Part shown: positions 50,583 to 54,259 of the stretch, in pieces
Position numbering within the stretch: the stretch's first letter is position 1
Layout: each line of letters opens with the position of its first letter
NCBI GenBank assembly: GCA_963575745.1
Contig: CAUYUJ010000255.1
Coordinates: 62,001 to 116,259 of the forward strand
Direction of reading: 5' to 3'
Source: Prorocentrum cordatum
Lineage: Eukaryota
Length of the DNA: 54,259 nucleotides
The notes under the pieces: model-generated
Seen by the model: only the letters and a program-made list of their open reading frames with translations
Database searches by the model: none
What the model was told of the DNA's origin: nothing
Translations under genes and position numbers: made by a program

Positions 50583-50730
50583 TGTTATCATATGTTAGCA
50601 GATGTTATCACGCGCCTGATAACACCTGATAACACCTGATAACACCTGATAACATGTTATCAGGTGTTATCATGTGCTAGCATGGTGTTATCACACGCCT
50701 GATAACATATGATAACATATGATAACATGA
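50583..50730. repeat. TGATAACA / TGTTATCA direct and inverted short-repeat cluster
   Basis: tgataacacc tandem units and the reverse complement tgttatca on both sides. Confidence 0.85.
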
Positions 50731-50808
50731 TGTCAATTTTGTGTGGTTTTCATGTTGCGCGCAATTCATTTCAGTATCCGTATCACCTCGTGCGTCCGCC
50801 ACGCTTCG

Positions 50809-51087
50809 AGCGGCTAGTCCGCTGGCGGCCAATCCGCCTCCCTCGCCGCACCCCTGCGCCCTCTCAAGCGGCGAGTCCGCTGGCGGATATGCCGCCCCCT
50901 TCATACCTCACTCCACCCCTCCCTCCACCTTTGAAGCGGCTATTCCGCCGGCGGCTATCCCGCCTCACATACCGCGCGTTTTCTTCGTCATCGCTTTGCG
51001 TCCAGCTCATCTTGGCATCAGGGCCGCGCGCGACGCGCGGCTTCTCGCGTGCCAAGGCGGTCACGCCGCCATGGCGGGGACGCCGCC
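50809..51087. promoter_or_regulatory. Palindrome cluster D: (G/A)GCGG-N5-CCGC(C/T) x8 upstream of and overlapping the gene 4 start
   Basis: 50809 (AGCGG-CTAGT-CCGCT), 50824, about 50867 (AGCGG-CGAGT-CCGCT), 50882, 50935, 50950, 51056 and 51073. Confidence 0.6.
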
Positions 51088-53009
51088 CGCTGAAGATCAC
51101 CAGCAGCATTCTCTGGCAGTGATGTTCGGAGCAGCCAGGCCGAAAAACAAGGGAGTGAAGACCAAGGCGCCCGCAGCGAAGCCCCGTGGGAAAGCTAAGC
51201 TATCGGGGACGCAGATGACACTGACTGGACAGCTTGTGCCGCCGCTCGCATTGACCGACGCAGGGCCGCCGAAGGCACGCGGGAAAAGCAAAGGCAAGGG
51301 CAAAGGTAAGCACCCCGCAGCGTTGAGGACGGCTCGCAACGCTGCGTCAGCCGCAGCTCCCGCCGAAGAACTGCCTCCTCAGGGCGCAGCGGCTTTGCCA
51401 CCAGAGCCGGACGACGCAGCGTCAGAGGCGGCATCGGGCTCCGAGGAGCGCGGCGACGAGTTTGGTTCCGAGCTCGGCGTCAAACAGGATGAGCTTGAGA
51501 GTGCCAAGCGTGAGCTTGAGGAGGAAGAGGCTCCACCGCAGGGCGCGGTAGCCAAGGTTGAGATTGAGGAGCGCTCGCCCGAGGCGGCAGCGCCGCAGGC
51601 GGAGGAGGAGGAGGCAGCTCAGGACGATCCGCCAGCAGGCGCTCCCCAGGTAGGGGAGTTCGTGGATGTGCATGGCATCGAGGATAGCATCGTGCGTTGC
51701 AACCGCTGCTGTCGCACGGCAAAGGAGTGCAACTACAGGATCAGGGCGAAGGGCCAGTCGACTTACCAGTGCGACGCGTGCAACGCGAACGGGGTGCGCC
51801 TTTCTCGGAGGTTCGGACAGTGGCCGCCAAAGTGTTTCGCCAAAATGAAGAGTGAGTTCAAGCAGCAGTTCTACAAGGATCTGGCAGAAGATCCTGGGCT
51901 GTCGAACCTCGATCGCATTGAAGCCTTCGTGGTAAGCTCAATCACTGTCCAACGGATGGAGGAGGAGCGCGTCCGCAAGGGTGGCAAGTACCTTCCGCTG
52001 AGGAAGTGGGCGCACGACGGCTTCGACGCGAAAAAGATTGAAGATAATGTGCAGGATAAGAGGTGGAACCCTGATCTCGGGGAGTGGACGTACAGGCCGC
52101 AATTGGAGGCGGCCTGGAGCGAGACAGCGGAGGCCGCAGTGCGCAACGAGCTGTACACCGATAAGAGGACGCAGGCGAAGCAGAGCGGCCCGCGGGCAGC
52201 GGCCTCGACGGGCGTCGCAGAGCACGGCGGCGACAAGGGCGACAGAAGCGACGAGAGCGACATGTCCAGATCCAGGCGGCGCCGCAGGCGCAGGTCTGAC
52301 AGCCGCAGGAGGAGGAGGCGCAGCATGAGCAGGAGCGACAGCAGGGGCAGGCGCGACAGCAGGAGCAGACGCCGCGACAGACGTCGCGACACCAACCGCA
52401 GCAGGAGCCGCTCGCGCGGCGACCGCGACAGGAGCAAGAGCCGCCGCAAGGGCAGGAGCAAGAGCCGCGGCAAGAGCAAGGACAGGAGCAAGAGCAGGCC
52501 GTTTGGGGGTTCAACGCAGGGGTGTCGCCTGGGTTTCGCATTCGTTTTCGGTTTCCGTTCAACTCTTCAGGTTCGGATCGGGTTATTGATTTCGCTCGGC
52601 TCGAAGTGTTGTCATTTTCGGACAACCCCGAAGGCTCCGCAGGGATAAGGACGCTGAGAAGGAGCGGAGGCGACAGGAAGCGAGGGAGAAGGCCGAGCAG
52701 GCCTAGAAGGAGACGCAGGAGAAAAACCTGGCGCTGAAGTGGATCGGCACCGCAACGAGGCTCGAGACAGAGCTGGACGGGTACCTCGAGCATGAGAAGG
52801 CGGACAAGGTGCCGTCATGGGCTGTGAAGAACGAGAAGGCGGCGAGGAAGTCTGTGGCAGTCATGAAGGCGGTGGCGCAGAAGCGCGTGCACAGCGGCGT
52901 GGCGTTGACGATCACGCAGGACGAGGCCATCAGCATCCAGAAGGATGCGAGCTCGGCGGCGAGGGCCATCGCGGGGATGCTCAAGGAGGCGCAGAAGCAC
53001 AGCACCTGA
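51071..53009 (+). CDS. Cassette gene 4: Cys-cluster (zinc finger-like) protein with acidic N-terminal region, GKYLPLRKW..GFD domain and RS-rich tract; one in-frame TAG
   Basis: GCCGCCATGG at 51071 (alternative ATG 51122). CNRC..C..CDAC at 51698-51781. A GC-AG intron at 52498-52642 joins SKSR|DKDAEKERR to a frame ending at TGA 53009. TAG at 52704-52706 interrupts the last exon. Confidence 0.75.
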
Positions 53010-53100
53010 GCGCCCCATGGTGGCCCAGTACATCATGAAGTACGGCCTGAAAAAGGTGGAGAAGGACCCGAATAAGCAGCGGCCGCTGGGCCGCTCGTGA

Positions 53101-53708
53101 GCAGGGGCGGCAGGCAGTTGGGCCGCTCCTGACGAGGTGTGTGATTTCGTACAATTGTTATTGTTGGTGAAACAACATTTCCACCGCCACCCCACTCGTT
53201 ACCACCGCAGCCCTTCGGTTGGCGGGGATGCCGCCTTTCCACTCTCGCAAGCCCTTGGCGGACATGCCGCCTTGCCTTCATTTGGCGGAGATGCCGCCTT
53301 TGCTGCCCATCGCGCTCCGATGCCTCACTTGGCGAGGCGAAGCGCTTGCATAACTCCCTCCTGCTCGAGCGCGTCCTGCCCGAGACCCTACCGCGCGAGC
53401 TGTGGCTCGCGAAGGCCAGCGACACCGTTGGGAATCCCATCGATTGGCGGTCGGAGACGAAGCAGAGGCGAAGCAGCTCCTTGGCAGGGGCGGCAGTTGG
53501 GCCGCTCATGACGAGGTGTGTGATTTCGTACAATTGTTATTGTTGTTGAAAAAAAAAACATTTCTTCGTTGCCATCGCCACCCCACTCGTTGCCACCGCA
53601 GCCCTTCGTTTGGCGGGGATGCCGCCTTTCCACTCTCGCAAGCCCTTGGCGGACATGCCGCCTTGCCTTCATTTGGCGGAGATGCCGCCTTTGCTGCCCA
53701 CCGCGCTC
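53101..53708 (+). repeat. Direct duplication of an intergenic module of about 220 bp (TTGTT-rich tract plus three GGCGG-N5-CCGCC palindromes; cluster E)
   Basis: 53101-53317 vs 53484-53708. Palindromes at 53221/53257/53284 and 53612/53648/53675. Confidence 0.9.
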
Positions 53709-53762
53709 GCACCGTTCTCTCGCGTTTCCCAATGACATGATCTGCCACCGTCCCACCCCTTA

Positions 53763-53784
53763 TCCGTAGTCTTTGTGGCTCAAG
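53763..53784 (+). other. Full-length spliced-leader relic (19/22 match)
   Basis: tccgtagtctttgtggctcaag vs TCCGTAGCCATTTTGGCTCAAG, 43 nt before ATG 53828. Confidence 0.85.
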
Positions 53785-53827
53785 TGGAGCCGCTCGAGGT
53801 CGTGCCCCTTCGCGGTCTTGCGCCGCC

Positions 53828-54124
53828 ATGGCGAGCATCGCGGACAAGTACGACGTCGATGACTTCGAGCTCATCACGGGTGGCAGTGCGTGGAGCTGGG
53901 CGACCATCGTGGCGCGCTTCATCGAGTGGCGCAATCGTTGCCGCCATGCACGCGCCGCTGGCATCAAGGGCCAGATGCTCATCGACAAGGCGCGGCGCAT
54001 GATGGAGGAGGCGCGCCGCACCGAGGAGCGCGGCAAGATGCTGTGCCAGATGTCGAAGCAGACGGTGCAGGACATCCCAGGCGGCATTCGGTTCTTCTGC
54101 CGCCAGCCGCACCAGGAGAGCTGA
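53828..54124 (+). CDS. Cassette gene 5: small hypothetical protein (98 aa)
   Basis: GCCGCCATGG start right after the SL relic. Coding-like codon usage. No domain recognised. Confidence 0.7.
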   Translation: MASIADKYDVDDFELITGGSAWSWATIVARFIEWRNRCRHARAAGIKGQMLIDKARRMMEEARRTEERGKMLCQMSKQTVQDIPGGIRFFCRQPHQES

Positions 54125-54259
54125 GCGGCGATCGGCTGGGCCGATAGAGGAGGATAAGGAGGGAGAGGAGGCAGGATGAGGAGAGGAGGAGGAGGTGGAT
54201 GAGGAGTTGGAGGCAGCACGCGCACCCGCACTAAGAGCCGCCAGCCGCCGCCGCGCCCG

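Noticed and set aside
44802..54124. Naming the cassette as a Polinton, giant-virus insert or integron
   Set aside because: No hallmark gene (integrase, pPolB, packaging ATPase, capsid, tyrosine recombinase) is recognisable in the window, so it is left as an unclassified hypothesis.

Overview
GC-rich, repeat-saturated eukaryotic genomic DNA, almost certainly from a dinoflagellate: it carries relics of the dinoflagellate spliced leader (DCCGTAGCCATTTTGGCTCAAG) at 3341-3391 and 53763-53784, and predicted GC-AG introns. Most ORFs in the track are artefacts of (GGA/CCT)n, (TAG)n, (CTCAGC)n and other simple repeats. Positions 1-43.6 kb are mobile and repeat DNA. They include two decayed non-LTR retrotransposons (minus strand about 4.6-7.2 kb; plus strand 10.5-14.5 kb with EN end, RT, Zn knuckle and RNase H), a 6-bp-TSD MITE family, CCCAAG-minisatellite elements with Helentron/DINE-like ends, satellites, and one SL-capped intronless ORF. 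The most interesting region is 44.0-54.2 kb: five co-directional genes of unknown function. Each starts in a GCCATGG context and is preceded by a cluster of the same palindrome GGCGG-N4/5-CCGCC. At least two also have a spliced-leader-like sequence upstream. This looks like a modular, co-regulated gene cassette, perhaps part of a large mobile or viral element. No transposase, integrase or capsid gene is recognisable inside the window. All calls were made by eye without database searches.
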